Part shown: positions 36,408 through 46,135 of the stretch, piece after piece
Layout of the letters: the number at the start of each line of letters is the position of its first letter
Numbering within the stretch: position 1 is the stretch's first letter
NCBI GenBank assembly: GCA_021847485.1
Contig: JAJZRA010000003.1
Coordinates: 7,819-71,818, forward strand
Direction of reading: 5' to 3'
Source of the DNA: a bacterium
Lineage (GTDB): Bacteria > Elusimicrobiota > Elusimicrobia > Elusimicrobiales > UBA9959
Length of the DNA stretch: 64,000 nt
Translations under genes and position numbers: made by a program
Notes under the pieces: model-generated
What the model saw: the letters and a program-made list of their open reading frames with translations, nothing else
Told to the model about the DNA's origin: nothing
The model's database searches: none

Positions 36408-37063
36408 GGCGCGAGGTCAGGCGTTTCCGCGGCGGCGCCGCTATGGCCCGCTACGCCGCGGGGCTGCTGGGAAAGGCGCTGCGCAGCGGGCGCGGCGTCT
36501 TCACCGCGGCCCTGCCCGGCGGCCGCACCCCGGCGCGCCTCTTCCGCGAGCTCGCCCGCCTGCCGCTGCCGTGGGAGCGCGCCGTCCTGTTCACCTCCGA
36601 CGAGCGCCTCGTGCCGCTCTCCTCCCCCGCCAGCAACTTCGGCGCGGCCCGCAAGGCGCTCTTCTCCAGAATAAAGGTCCCGCCCGGCAACCTGAAGCCG
36701 GCCCGCTCCGCCGCAGCCTGGCGCCGCGACCTGCGCGCCGCGGCCGGCCCCGGCGGCCGGCTCGACGCGGTCTTCCTCGGCCTGGGGACCGACGGCCATA
36801 CCGCTTCCATCTTCCCGGGCTCCCGCGCCTGGCGCAGCCGCGGGCCCGTCGCCGCGGTGCGCGCCCCCCGGGGCGTGAAACCTTCCCGGCGCCTGACGCT
36901 GACGCCGGCCGCCATCGAGAAGGCGCGGCTGGTGGTGCTGCTGGCCTCCGGCCCCGCCAAGCGCGCCGTCTTCGAGCTGGCCGCCGCCGGCGACCGCGCC
37001 GTCCCGGCGGGCCGCCTGCGGCCGCGCGGACGTTTCTATCTCCTCTTCTCGGAGAGGGACTAG
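36404..37063 (+). CDS. pgl: 6-phosphogluconolactonase
   Basis: LPGGRTP and GLGTDGHTASIFPG motifs. ATGA overlap with zwf. Trimmed from the chimeric ORF 34943..37063. Confidence 0.85.
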   Translation: MRREVRRFRGGAAMARYAAGLLGKALRSGRGVFTAALPGGRTPARLFRELARLPLPWERAVLFTSDERLVPLSSPASNFGAARKALFSRIKVPPGNLKPARSAAAWRRDLRAAAGPGGRLDAVFLGLGTDGHTASIFPGSRAWRSRGPVAAVRAPRGVKPSRRLTLTPAAIEKARLVVLLASGPAKRAVFELAAAGDRAVPAGRLRPRGRFYLLFSERD

Positions 37064-37064
37064 C

Positions 37065-37571
37065 GTGAGCAGGGCTTTCGTCAGGAACGACGGGGAGGTC
37101 CCCGAGGAACCGGTGGAGCGCCGCGCCAGCGGCCGCCCCAACTACGTCACCGCGGCGGGGCTGGCCCTGCTGGAAGCGAAGGTGCGCGAACTGGCCGCCC
37201 TGCGCGCGGCCCTGGCCGCGGCCAGGAAGCCCGGCGAGCAGGCCCCTCTGCCGCTGCGCCAGGCCGAACTGGACCTGCGCTACTACGAGGAACGGGTCAA
37301 AAGCGCCCGCCTCGTGGACAACCGCGGGCAGGCCTTCCCCGACGCGCGTTTCGGCGCGACGGTGCGCGTGCGCGAGGCCGGCGGGGCGGAGAGGGAATAT
37401 TCCATCGTGGGCGAGGACGAGGCGGACCCGGCGGCCGGGCGCCTGAACTGGGCCTCGCCGCTGGCCGCGGCTCTGATAGGCGCCAGGGCCGGCGACGAGG
37501 TCGGCTTCACGAGAAAGGGCGGGACCGTCTCCCTGACGGTCCTGGCGGTCTCCTACCCGGGTAAAGATTAG
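37065..37571 (+). CDS. GreA/GreB-family (Rnk-like) transcription factor
   Basis: N-terminal coiled-coil followed by a Gre C-terminal-domain pattern (ATVRV...YSIVGEDEADP...SPLAAALIGARAGDEV). GTG start. Confidence 0.7.
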   Translation: MSRAFVRNDGEVPEEPVERRASGRPNYVTAAGLALLEAKVRELAALRAALAAARKPGEQAPLPLRQAELDLRYYEERVKSARLVDNRGQAFPDARFGATVRVREAGGAEREYSIVGEDEADPAAGRLNWASPLAAALIGARAGDEVGFTRKGGTVSLTVLAVSYPGKD

Positions 37572-38656
37572 ATAGCGCGGGCGCGGCGCAGGCCCCAGAG
37601 CGAGGCCAGCGTGAAGGCCGCCGCCGGGCCCAGGCCGGCCGCGAAGGCCGGCACCACCTCGGCGTTGCCGGCCTCCTGCGCCATGATGATGACGGCCCAG
37701 AAGAAGAAGCCGAACCCCAGCGCGAGGCCGAAGCTGAAGAACCTGTTGTTGCGGGGCAGCAGCAGCACCATCGCCGCGCCTATCAGCGCCATCGCCGGGT
37801 TGGCGAGCGGCGCCGCGAGCTTCACCCACAGCAGCGTGCGCTCGGCAGGGGCCGGCGCGCCCACGGCCCGCATGCGGCGCATGCGCCGCAGCAGGTCCAG
37901 GATCGAGACGCCCTCCGGGACCAGCTTCTCCAGCACCAGGTTCTCCGGCGGCACCGAGATGGGCGACTGGTACTCGGCGAAATGGCGCGTAAGCGGCTTG
38001 GCGTCGCCGCTGTAATTGATGATGACGCCGTCCCGGAAGACCCAGGCCCCGGTCTCGGGCCGCCAGGCGGCGGAGGCCGCGTTGACCTCCAGGAAGAGGC
38101 GGCCGCCCTTGTAGACGTTCATCACCACGTTCTCCATGGTCTTATGCCGCCCGTCGAAGAGGTGCGCGGTGACCATAGTGTCGTCGCCGGCGGAGAAGAC
38201 CACGTCCCGGCGCACGACGCGCTTCCAGTCCTCGCGGCCGCGCAGGTCCACCTCGAAAAGTCTCTCGGAACGCAGGTAAAGGTCCGGCGCGGCCGTCTCC
38301 TGCAGCACGAACTGCCCCGCGCCGGCCGCGAGGGCGCAGGCGAGCAGCGGCTTGATCATGTCGAACGGGCGCCAGCCGCCGGCGAGGCCCGCCTTCCATT
38401 CCCCCCGCCCCATCATGCCGCCGAGCGCGAACAGCACGGCCAGCAGCGTGGCTATCGGCGTCATCTTGACCATGAAGTACGGCGCCTGGTAGACGACGTA
38501 GCGCAGGAACACGCCCGCGCCGGCGCCGCTCTTCATGAAGAAGTTCAGGTTGTCGAACAGGCTGCCGAACAGCAGCAGCAGGCAGAACACGGCGAGGCCG
38601 AACCCGAAAGGGGCCCAGAAGGAGCGGGCGATGTAGCGGAAGAAGGTCCTGTTCAT
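37568..38656 (-). CDS. lptG: LPS export ABC permease, LptF/LptG (YjgP/YjgQ) family
   Basis: YjgP/YjgQ topology and N-terminal FRYIARSFWAPF pattern. ATGA overlap with the upstream paralogue. Trimmed to the ATG at 38656. Confidence 0.8.
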   Translation of the reverse strand: MNRTFFRYIARSFWAPFGFGLAVFCLLLLFGSLFDNLNFFMKSGAGAGVFLRYVVYQAPYFMVKMTPIATLLAVLFALGGMMGRGEWKAGLAGGWRPFDMIKPLLACALAAGAGQFVLQETAAPDLYLRSERLFEVDLRGREDWKRVVRRDVVFSAGDDTMVTAHLFDGRHKTMENVVMNVYKGGRLFLEVNAASAAWRPETGAWVFRDGVIINYSGDAKPLTRHFAEYQSPISVPPENLVLEKLVPEGVSILDLLRRMRRMRAVGAPAPAERTLLWVKLAAPLANPAMALIGAAMVLLLPRNNRFFSFGLALGFGFFFWAVIIMAQEAGNAEVVPAFAAGLGPAAAFTLASLWGLRRARAI

Positions 38657-39765
38657 CGGTTGTAGAGGCGGCGGCGCCAGAGCCACCCGCCGGCGAGCGC
38701 GGTCAGCAGGGCCGGCACGAAGATCGCCCACGGGAACAGCGCGTCGTAACGGCGGGCCAGCACCATGCCGGTTATCGTCAGCCCGTAATAGAAGAAGATT
38801 ATCAGCAGCGTCAGCCCGAAACCCGCCGAGCGGCCGCGCTTGTCCAGCGCAACCCCGAGCGGCGCCCCGACTAGGAAGAACGCCAGCGGCGCCAGCGCCA
38901 GCGCGAAGCGCGAGGCAGCCTCGATGCGGTACTTGGCCGCTATCTGCGGGTCGGCGATGCCTTCGCGCAGGCGGCGCAGCAGCCCGGCCGTGGAGATCTC
39001 GCGCTGGTTGAGCTTGCGGCCCGGGCCGCGCTCGGAGAAGAACGGCAGCAGCGTGCGGTACGAGGAGAACCGCCCGTAAAGCAGCTTGTCGGCGCGCTTG
39101 CAGTCGGTCTGGCTGAACTGGCCGTTGAGCAGCTCTATCTCCAGCCCCTTCTCGCGCAGCACGCGGTAGCGCCCGTCGGCGGCGTTGATCTTGGTGACGT
39201 AGGCCGCCGCCTCCCCCTTGTCGATGCGGCGCAGCAGCTTCACGCCGCGCATGTCGCCGGTGAGCGGGTTCACCTCGCCGGCGTAGAGCACCCAGTCGGC
39301 CAGCTGCTGGAAGGTGCGCGGCTTCAACTCTATCTTGGTGACGCGGTTCAGCATCGAGACGGTATAGTCGGTGGAGCGCTTGACCGAGACCGGCCCCAGC
39401 CAGTTGTTGACGACCAGCAGCAGCAGCGAGGCGGCCAGGGCCGCCCAGAACACGCCGGAGAGGATCTCCGGGAAGGAGAACCCGCCCGCCCGCAGCGCCA
39501 CTATCTCGCCGTCCTGCGACATCTGCCCCAGCGACAGCAGCATCGCCAGCAGGAAGGCCAGCGGCAGCGACGTGGCGATTATGTTAGGCAGCAGGTAGAG
39601 GATGCTCTTGGCGAGGAAATAGAACGAGAAGCCGCCCAGCACGCCCTGGTTGATGATCTGCACGAAGTTCAGCATCACCAGCAGCGAGGCGAAGACGAAC
39701 AGCGAAAGGCCCAGGAACCTGGCGAAGACCTTGAGCAGGTAAAGTCGGGCTATAGGCACGGCCAT
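38653..39765 (-). CDS. lptF: LPS export ABC permease, LptF/LptG (YjgP/YjgQ) family
   Basis: LYLLKVFARFLGLSLFVF...ALRAGGFS pattern typical of the family. Confidence 0.8.
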   Translation of the reverse strand: MAVPIARLYLLKVFARFLGLSLFVFASLLVMLNFVQIINQGVLGGFSFYFLAKSILYLLPNIIATSLPLAFLLAMLLSLGQMSQDGEIVALRAGGFSFPEILSGVFWAALAASLLLLVVNNWLGPVSVKRSTDYTVSMLNRVTKIELKPRTFQQLADWVLYAGEVNPLTGDMRGVKLLRRIDKGEAAAYVTKINAADGRYRVLREKGLEIELLNGQFSQTDCKRADKLLYGRFSSYRTLLPFFSERGPGRKLNQREISTAGLLRRLREGIADPQIAAKYRIEAASRFALALAPLAFFLVGAPLGVALDKRGRSAGFGLTLLIIFFYYGLTITGMVLARRYDALFPWAIFVPALLTALAGGWLWRRRLYNR

Positions 39766-39771
39766 TTATTT

Positions 39772-39777
39772 ATTCTA
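39772..39777 (-). promoter_or_regulatory. Candidate -10 box TAGAAT (minus strand), 6 nt upstream of the lptF ATG
   Basis: The minus strand reads GATATATAATAGAATAAATAAATG. A TATAAT also lies 11 nt upstream. Confidence 0.4.
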
Positions 39778-39870
39778 TTATATATCGACGGCGCGGCGGA
39801 ACAGCCGCGCCGCGTTTCCGGCCGTCCGGGCATCCCGGCGGTCCGGTCGGATTTTTATTGATAGCATAAA

Positions 39871-42800
39871 GTGAAAGTTACCGCGCGAACACTCCTCCTG
39901 CTGTCGGCCCTGGCCTGCGCCACTGGTGCCGCGGCCGCCGATTTCGCCGCGCCGTCGGCGGAAGGAGGCCGCTTCCTGCTGCTGGACAGGCCCGACGCCT
40001 CGCGCGTCATCTCCGAGCCGGAGCCCTCCACGGCCCCGGCAGAAGGCTCCGTGGAGGACATCTCCGAGGAACTGCCCTTCAATTACACCGAGGACACCTG
40101 GAACTCCGTGCGCGAGGCCGTGGAGACCGGCCGCTTCCGCCGCGAGGAGCTGGCCCCGCCGCCGGCGGTAGAGATCTCCACCGAGGCGCCGGCCGCCCCC
40201 GAACCGCAGGTGGAGTTCAAGGACTCCGGCACCACGCTCTCGGTCACCGGCCGCAAGGTCATCTCCCTCAACTACAGCGGCAAGAAATACCTCTACGAGC
40301 AGACGTCGGTCACCCGGCCCCGGAGCCTCAGCCTCTTCGAGATCACGCAGCAGATGCAGGTCCGCATGCAGGGCAAGGTCGGCCAGAAGATCTCGGTCAA
40401 CGTCGACTACGACGACACCAAGCAGGACAAGCAGGACATCTCGGTCGTCTACCAGGGCGACCCCAGCGAGGTCGTGCAGAACGTCTCCTTCGGCGACATC
40501 GACCTGTCGCTGCCGGCCACCGAGTTCGTCTCCTACAACAAACAGCTCTTCGGCATCAGGGCCGACCTGCGCACCGACAGGCTCAAGCTGACGCTCGTAG
40601 GCTCGCGCACGAAGGGCCAGACCAAGACCCGCCAGTTCACCGGCAACACGCAGTTCCAGGCCGCCGACATCCTGGACATCAACTACCTGCGCCGCAAGTA
40701 CTACGACGTGACCTTCGGCAACCAGCTGCGCCTGCCGATCAAGTCCGGCTCGGAGCGCATCTATATAGACCAGCAGACGCAGGCCCCGGTGGACAACGTC
40801 ACGGTCTTCGGCCTCGTCGGCAAGGACCTGGCGGTGCAGACCTCCACCTACACCGGCCGCTTCCAGCTGATGAGCCCCGGCATCGACTACGTGATGGACT
40901 ACGTAAAGGGCGTCGTGACGTTCAGCCGCACGCTGAACCCGCAGGACGTGGTGGTCGTAGATTTCCAGAACGCCAACGGCACGATGCTGTCGCAGAACAG
41001 CTCCACCTCCGCGCTGGACACGGCCTCGCTCTTCCCGGGCGAGCCGGCCATCATCAAGACGCAGAACGACATCGCGCTCTCCTCTGTGCCGGCCACGGCC
41101 GCGGCGCAGGTCTCGCACCGGCGCGAGCTGAAGACCTATTATTCCATAGGGCAGACGAACATCGTCCGCGACAACGGCACCGGCAACTTCATCCTGAAGG
41201 TGCAGGACCTCAACCGCAACCAGGTCAGCGTGCGCGGCGCGAACCCCGCCCAGGGGGACCCGGTCGTCAAGTACTCCGACACGATCGAGGTCGACTTCGA
41301 GCAGGGCATAGTCCACCTGCTCAACCCGTTCGCCTCCGAAGAGAACCCCGACGTGGAGGACCCGCAGGTCTATTCCGCCGCGCCGGTCTCCAAGCGCATC
41401 CTCCGCGTGGAATATTCCTACCGCTTCAAGACGTTCACGCTCGAGCCCAACATCGTGCTGCAGTCGGAAGTCGTGCGCGTGGACGGGCGCAAGCTCGGCC
41501 GCAACGAGGAGTACTTCATAGACTACGACTCGGGCTTCATCACGTTCTACTACCCGGACCGCATCGGCCAGGACTCAAAGATAGACATCTCTTACGAGGT
41601 CTCGCCGTTCGGCGGCGCCGGCAACCAGTCGCTGGTGGGCGGCCGGGTCTCCTACGACTTCGGCGACCATTTCTCGGTGGGGTCCACGGCCCTCTACCAG
41701 GGCGGGGTCAAGTCCAACACCGTACCCAACATCACCGACCTGACCAACAGCATGCTGGTCTACGAGGGCGACGCCCAGCTGAAGGGCCTCAACCTGCTGG
41801 GCCTGCGCGCGACGCTCGGCGCCGAGGCCGCGCAGAGCCGCCTGAACCCCAACCTGAACGAGTACGCGCTGATCGACAACATGGAGGGCGCCAAGCAGGA
41901 GGACTCCCCGTCGATGGACAAGAACTACTGGTTCATCGCCTCGAACCCGACGCTGGCGCCGGCCGACCCGACCGCGCTGTCGTGGAACAGCGAGAACGTC
42001 AAGTCCCGCGACATCAACCCCAACTCCAGCTCCGACGGCAGCCAGCAGGTCCTCAGCGTCAACTACGACTTCAACGTCTCCTCCGAGGTCTCGATAGTCT
42101 ATCCGTTCTCCACCACCGGCCTGGACTTCTCGCAGAAGAACGTGCTGGAGCTGGTGGTCTACGGCGAGAACTCGGCCGGCGTCCCCGGCCCGCAGCTGGA
42201 CCTGCACCTGGGCCAGATCAACGAGGACGCCGACGGCACCGGCGGCCAGACCTTCACCTGCGCCTCGGGCCTCGTGCTGAACAACGCCCCCAAGAGCGAG
42301 GACCTCAACTGCGACGGCCAGGTCTCCAGCGCCGAGGACATAGGCTGGCTCTACGCCCCGGCCGGCTCGGTCCACACGGCCCGCTTCGGCGCCGGCAACG
42401 GCCGGCTGGACTCCGAGGACCTCAACCAGAACGGCCGCATAGACGCCCAGGACTTCACGGGCGGGGATTTCGGCTATGTGAACGGGTCCCTGTTCACCGA
42501 CGCCTCGGACGGCACGAAGAAGGACAAGATCGACTGGGGCCCGTCTTCCTCCGGCAACGGCTGGCACCTGCTCTCCGTCCCGCTGGCGATAGCCTCCACC
42601 GACACCTATAAATGGAACGCCATCAAGCAGGTAAGGCTCTCCCTCAAGCAGGCGCCGGGCGGCGCCGCTTCCGGCGTGGTCCGCATCGCGCGCATCTCGG
42701 CGGTGGGCAACACCTGGACCGTCAACCCGGGCACCGCCACCGAGGCCGGCACGCTGCAGGCCACGGCCGTCAACAACGTGGACAACCCCGGCTACACCCC

Positions 42801-45276
42801 CATCTACGAAGCCGGCGGCGACGCGTCGCTGGTCTACAACGACCTCTACGGCTCGGTCTCCAAGCAGAAGGAGAAGAGCAACACCAAGGTGGTCACCGAG
42901 CAGACGCTGTCGATAAACTACACGAACGTCTACTCCACGGCCACCGCCTACGTCTACCGCAAGTTCACCCGGGCCATAGACGTCTCGCAGCACGGCAAGC
43001 TGCGCTTCCTCGTGCGCGGCCCCAACAACGACGGGACGGTCACCGACCCGAACGCGGCCTATTCCAGCTTCTATATCAAGGCCGGCGACGAGAACAGCTA
43101 CTTCAAGGCCGAGGTCCCGCTGGACTTCGCCGGCTGGAAGCTGGTCACGATAAACCAGGTCGACGTGACCGGCGACGAGGTCCCGGACGTGTGGACCTCC
43201 GGCACGCCCGGAGTGATAGTGACCTCCTCCGGCTCGCCCAGCCTGCAGCAGGTGCCGCAGTTCATCGTCGGCATAGAGGCGAACGACGCCGCCCCCCATA
43301 CCGGCACGCTCTACTTCGACGAGCTGCACGTCGCCAAGCCGCTGACCCGGGTGGGCAACGCGCGCAAGGTGGAGGGCTCCTTCGAGATCCCCGGCTGGCT
43401 CACCTTCGGCGGCAAGCACCGCTTCATGGACCGCAACTTCCAGACCCCGGTGACCGCCATCGCCAACCAGGACAACGAGTCCGAGACCGGCTACCTCAAC
43501 TTCACCCGCCTGCCCTTCTTCCCGGTCAACGTCACGGCGGCCCGGCAGATCACGGTCACGCCGAACGCGCTGGCCACCGGTTCCAACAACCTGGTCAACT
43601 CCCTGCAGCAGGGCCGCGTCAAGAAGTTCGACGGCACGGCGGCCGGTTCGCTCAACCTCGGCGCGCTGCCCAAGATAGGCCTGAACTACACCAAGGGCAT
43701 CACCGATTACACGCTGCTCAGCCGCAAGGACGACAAGGACCTCTACGCCGCCAACCTGGCCTATTCCGTGCCCGGGACGTTACCGGTGCTGCCGCGCACG
43801 CTGAACCTGAACTACTCGCTCGGCCTGAGCCGCGTGAAGTACGACGCCGCCCGCCTGACGGACCTGACCAACCTCTACGAGACCACCGAACGCACCGACA
43901 TCTACGGCGCCAGGCTCGCCTTCGTGCCGTGGAACGGCTCCTCGTTCAATCCCGGCTACACCCTGCAGACCGCCCGCGAGGAGCGCTCCCCGGCCGGCGA
44001 CCCGCTCTCGCTGGAGCGTTATCCCAAGTCCATGCAGCAGACGGTGGACGTCAACTCCAACTTCCTGCTGGCGCGCTGGCTCAACCCCACGGTCAACTAC
44101 TCGGCGACCACGATCGAGAACAACAACCTGAACACGACCACCGTCACCGTGGCCCAGTCCTCGCAGGTCTTCACGGCCGGCCAGATCAAGAACGTCAACC
44201 GCACGGCGCAGGGCGGCGTCGGCCTGACGCTGAACCTGAACGACCTGCTGCCCTCCAGCCGCCTGCTGCGCTCGATGGTGCTGTCCTCCAACTACCAGAT
44301 CCAGGACGGCGATATCTGGCAGAACGTGGAGAAGCAGTACGACACCCGCAACAAGCTCTGGATCCGCGACGGCCTGAAGCCGGGCAACCCGCTGGCGCAG
44401 CGCACCTCGCTGACGCTGCGCGACACCGTCAACTCCACGCAGCGCTGGCAGCCTTTCGAAGGCTACGGGCTCAAGGGCCGCGCCGCCGCGCTGACGACGC
44501 TGTCGCTGACGAACAACTACACCAACTCGGTGCAGCGCTCCGAGGTGACGGGCACCGTCTCCAAAAGCGTCAACCGGACCTTCCCGGACATGATAGTCTC
44601 CATCTCGCAGCTGGAGACGCTGACCGGGGCGCGGGCCTGGGCCCAGAACGCGACGCTGAACCTGAAATACTCCAAGAACACCAACGAGAACAAGCAGGTC
44701 TCGCTGGACGCCTCCGACACCTACGGCCTGGACCTGCGCTTTAAGCTGCTGAACTGGATGGACACCGCCGCCAGCTACAACCTGCGCCTGACCGACAAGC
44801 GCGACCTGCGCGTGGGCCAGCGCACCGGCAGCACCCGCCACGACGACGCCACGCTGCAGGGCACGTTCGACCGCGGCAAGTTCCGCTTCACCCCCAAGGT
44901 GGACTACGTCTCGGACAAGGCCAGGGGCGCGCTGGGCGTCATGACGCAGGACACGCGCACGCTAACTCCGAGCGTGCTGATCAAGTCCGACTTCCAGCTG
45001 CCGAAGGGCCTCAAGCTGCCCTTCATGAAGCAGGCCGTCTTCTTCACCAACCGCATCGTCTGGACGACGACGCTCAGCTACGCGATCAAGAAATCTCCGA
45101 TCACGATAGCCGACAACAACAGGCTCTTCTCGCTGAACTCCAGCGCCGACTACGAGGCCGCCAAGAACCTGCGCCTGACCTTCAACGCCGGGCTGCAGAG
45201 GCTGTGGCACAAGTTCCTCAGGCAGGAGGAGTACATCTCCTACCAGGCCGGCAGCACGCTGACGTTCCAGTTCTAG
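39871..45276 (+). CDS. Giant (1801 aa) outer-membrane beta-barrel protein, SprA/Sov-like
   Basis: Signal peptide MKVTARTLLLLSALACATGAAAA and a C-terminal beta-signal ...STLTFQF. The N-proximal block VNVDYDDTKQDKQDISVVYQGDPSEVVQNVSFGDIDLSLP...KQLFGIRADL...VGSRTKGQTKTRQF resembles the conserved SprA N-terminal block. GTG start. Confidence 0.55.
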   Translation: MKVTARTLLLLSALACATGAAAADFAAPSAEGGRFLLLDRPDASRVISEPEPSTAPAEGSVEDISEELPFNYTEDTWNSVREAVETGRFRREELAPPPAVEISTEAPAAPEPQVEFKDSGTTLSVTGRKVISLNYSGKKYLYEQTSVTRPRSLSLFEITQQMQVRMQGKVGQKISVNVDYDDTKQDKQDISVVYQGDPSEVVQNVSFGDIDLSLPATEFVSYNKQLFGIRADLRTDRLKLTLVGSRTKGQTKTRQFTGNTQFQAADILDINYLRRKYYDVTFGNQLRLPIKSGSERIYIDQQTQAPVDNVTVFGLVGKDLAVQTSTYTGRFQLMSPGIDYVMDYVKGVVTFSRTLNPQDVVVVDFQNANGTMLSQNSSTSALDTASLFPGEPAIIKTQNDIALSSVPATAAAQVSHRRELKTYYSIGQTNIVRDNGTGNFILKVQDLNRNQVSVRGANPAQGDPVVKYSDTIEVDFEQGIVHLLNPFASEENPDVEDPQVYSAAPVSKRILRVEYSYRFKTFTLEPNIVLQSEVVRVDGRKLGRNEEYFIDYDSGFITFYYPDRIGQDSKIDISYEVSPFGGAGNQSLVGGRVSYDFGDHFSVGSTALYQGGVKSNTVPNITDLTNSMLVYEGDAQLKGLNLLGLRATLGAEAAQSRLNPNLNEYALIDNMEGAKQEDSPSMDKNYWFIASNPTLAPADPTALSWNSENVKSRDINPNSSSDGSQQVLSVNYDFNVSSEVSIVYPFSTTGLDFSQKNVLELVVYGENSAGVPGPQLDLHLGQINEDADGTGGQTFTCASGLVLNNAPKSEDLNCDGQVSSAEDIGWLYAPAGSVHTARFGAGNGRLDSEDLNQNGRIDAQDFTGGDFGYVNGSLFTDASDGTKKDKIDWGPSSSGNGWHLLSVPLAIASTDTYKWNAIKQVRLSLKQAPGGAASGVVRIARISAVGNTWTVNPGTATEAGTLQATAVNNVDNPGYTPIYEAGGDASLVYNDLYGSVSKQKEKSNTKVVTEQTLSINYTNVYSTATAYVYRKFTRAIDVSQHGKLRFLVRGPNNDGTVTDPNAAYSSFYIKAGDENSYFKAEVPLDFAGWKLVTINQVDVTGDEVPDVWTSGTPGVIVTSSGSPSLQQVPQFIVGIEANDAAPHTGTLYFDELHVAKPLTRVGNARKVEGSFEIPGWLTFGGKHRFMDRNFQTPVTAIANQDNESETGYLNFTRLPFFPVNVTAARQITVTPNALATGSNNLVNSLQQGRVKKFDGTAAGSLNLGALPKIGLNYTKGITDYTLLSRKDDKDLYAANLAYSVPGTLPVLPRTLNLNYSLGLSRVKYDAARLTDLTNLYETTERTDIYGARLAFVPWNGSSFNPGYTLQTAREERSPAGDPLSLERYPKSMQQTVDVNSNFLLARWLNPTVNYSATTIENNNLNTTTVTVAQSSQVFTAGQIKNVNRTAQGGVGLTLNLNDLLPSSRLLRSMVLSSNYQIQDGDIWQNVEKQYDTRNKLWIRDGLKPGNPLAQRTSLTLRDTVNSTQRWQPFEGYGLKGRAAALTTLSLTNNYTNSVQRSEVTGTVSKSVNRTFPDMIVSISQLETLTGARAWAQNATLNLKYSKNTNENKQVSLDASDTYGLDLRFKLLNWMDTAASYNLRLTDKRDLRVGQRTGSTRHDDATLQGTFDRGKFRFTPKVDYVSDKARGALGVMTQDTRTLTPSVLIKSDFQLPKGLKLPFMKQAVFFTNRIVWTTTLSYAIKKSPITIADNNRLFSLNSSADYEAAKNLRLTFNAGLQRLWHKFLRQEEYISYQAGSTLTFQF

Positions 45277-45282
45277 TCCGCC

Positions 45283-45307
45283 CCCCCGCGGGGACGCGGG
45301 GGCTTTC
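45283..45307 (+). terminator. Rho-independent terminator (weak U-tract)
   Basis: CCCCCGCG-GGGA-CGCGGGGG followed by CTTTC, 7 nt after the stop. Confidence 0.6.
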
Positions 45308-45333
45308 GGACGGTATCGGGGGGCGTGGTATCT

Positions 45334-46062
45334 ATGAAAAGGACCCTACTGAAGGCCGGCAGATGGCTGCTCGACGCGCTGCTGCCGCGCGTCTGCGCCC
45401 ACTGCGGCGAGGACCTGCATTACCTGCGGACGGCGCCGCTGTGCCCCGGCTGCGAAGGCGGCCTGGAGCCGCTGGGGCCGCCGCACTGCGCGGTCTGCGG
45501 GCTGCCGTTGCCCGACGGCGGCGGGACCTGCCGGGACTGCCGCGCCGGCGGGCCGGCGGCGCTGGCGGCGGCCCGCTCGGCCTACGTGTTCAACCCCCAG
45601 CTGCGCTCGCTGGTGCACGCGCTCAAGTACCGTTCGCGCGCCGACCTGGCCGCCTGGCTGGGCGACGCCATGACGGCGGCGCTGCGCCGCTTCCCGGAGC
45701 TCTCGCCGTACAATTTCTGCGCGGCCGTGCCACTGCACCCGGCCAGGCTGCGCCGGCGCGGCTTCAACCAGGCAGGCCTGCTGGCCCGGCGGCTGGCGGC
45801 CGGCGCCAACCTGTTCCTGCTGGACGGGGCCGTCCGCCGCGTCCGGGACACCCCCAGCCAGACGGCGCTCTCAAAGGAGCAGCGGGCGGCCAACGTGGCC
45901 GGCGCCTTCGCGGTGGCCGCGCCGGAGCTGGTGAAGGGGCGCCGGGTCCTGCTGGTGGACGACGTGGCGACCACGCTGGCCACGCTCGACGAGCTGGCCC
46001 GGGAGCTGCGCCGGGCCGGCGCCAGGGACGTGGCCGCCTTCACCCTCGCCCGCGAACCCTAG
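45334..46062 (+). CDS. comF: ComF-family protein (phosphoribosyltransferase domain)
   Basis: N-terminal Cys pairs (CAHCG, CPGC, CAVCG, CRDC) and a PRTase motif VLLVDDVATT. Confidence 0.85.
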   Translation: MKRTLLKAGRWLLDALLPRVCAHCGEDLHYLRTAPLCPGCEGGLEPLGPPHCAVCGLPLPDGGGTCRDCRAGGPAALAAARSAYVFNPQLRSLVHALKYRSRADLAAWLGDAMTAALRRFPELSPYNFCAAVPLHPARLRRRGFNQAGLLARRLAAGANLFLLDGAVRRVRDTPSQTALSKEQRAANVAGAFAVAAPELVKGRRVLLVDDVATTLATLDELARELRRAGARDVAAFTLAREP

Positions 46063-46090
46063 CCCCCCCCCGCGCCGCGGCCGGCAAAAG

Positions 46091-46116
46091 AAAAAGCCGG
46101 CGGAAGCCGGCTTTCT
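46091..46116. terminator. Bidirectional Rho-independent terminator
   Basis: AAAGCCGGC-GGAA-GCCGGCTTT with an A-run on one side and T-rich sequence on the other, between convergent genes. Confidence 0.7.
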
Positions 46117-46135
46117 CGGGGCCGCAAGGGCTGCG

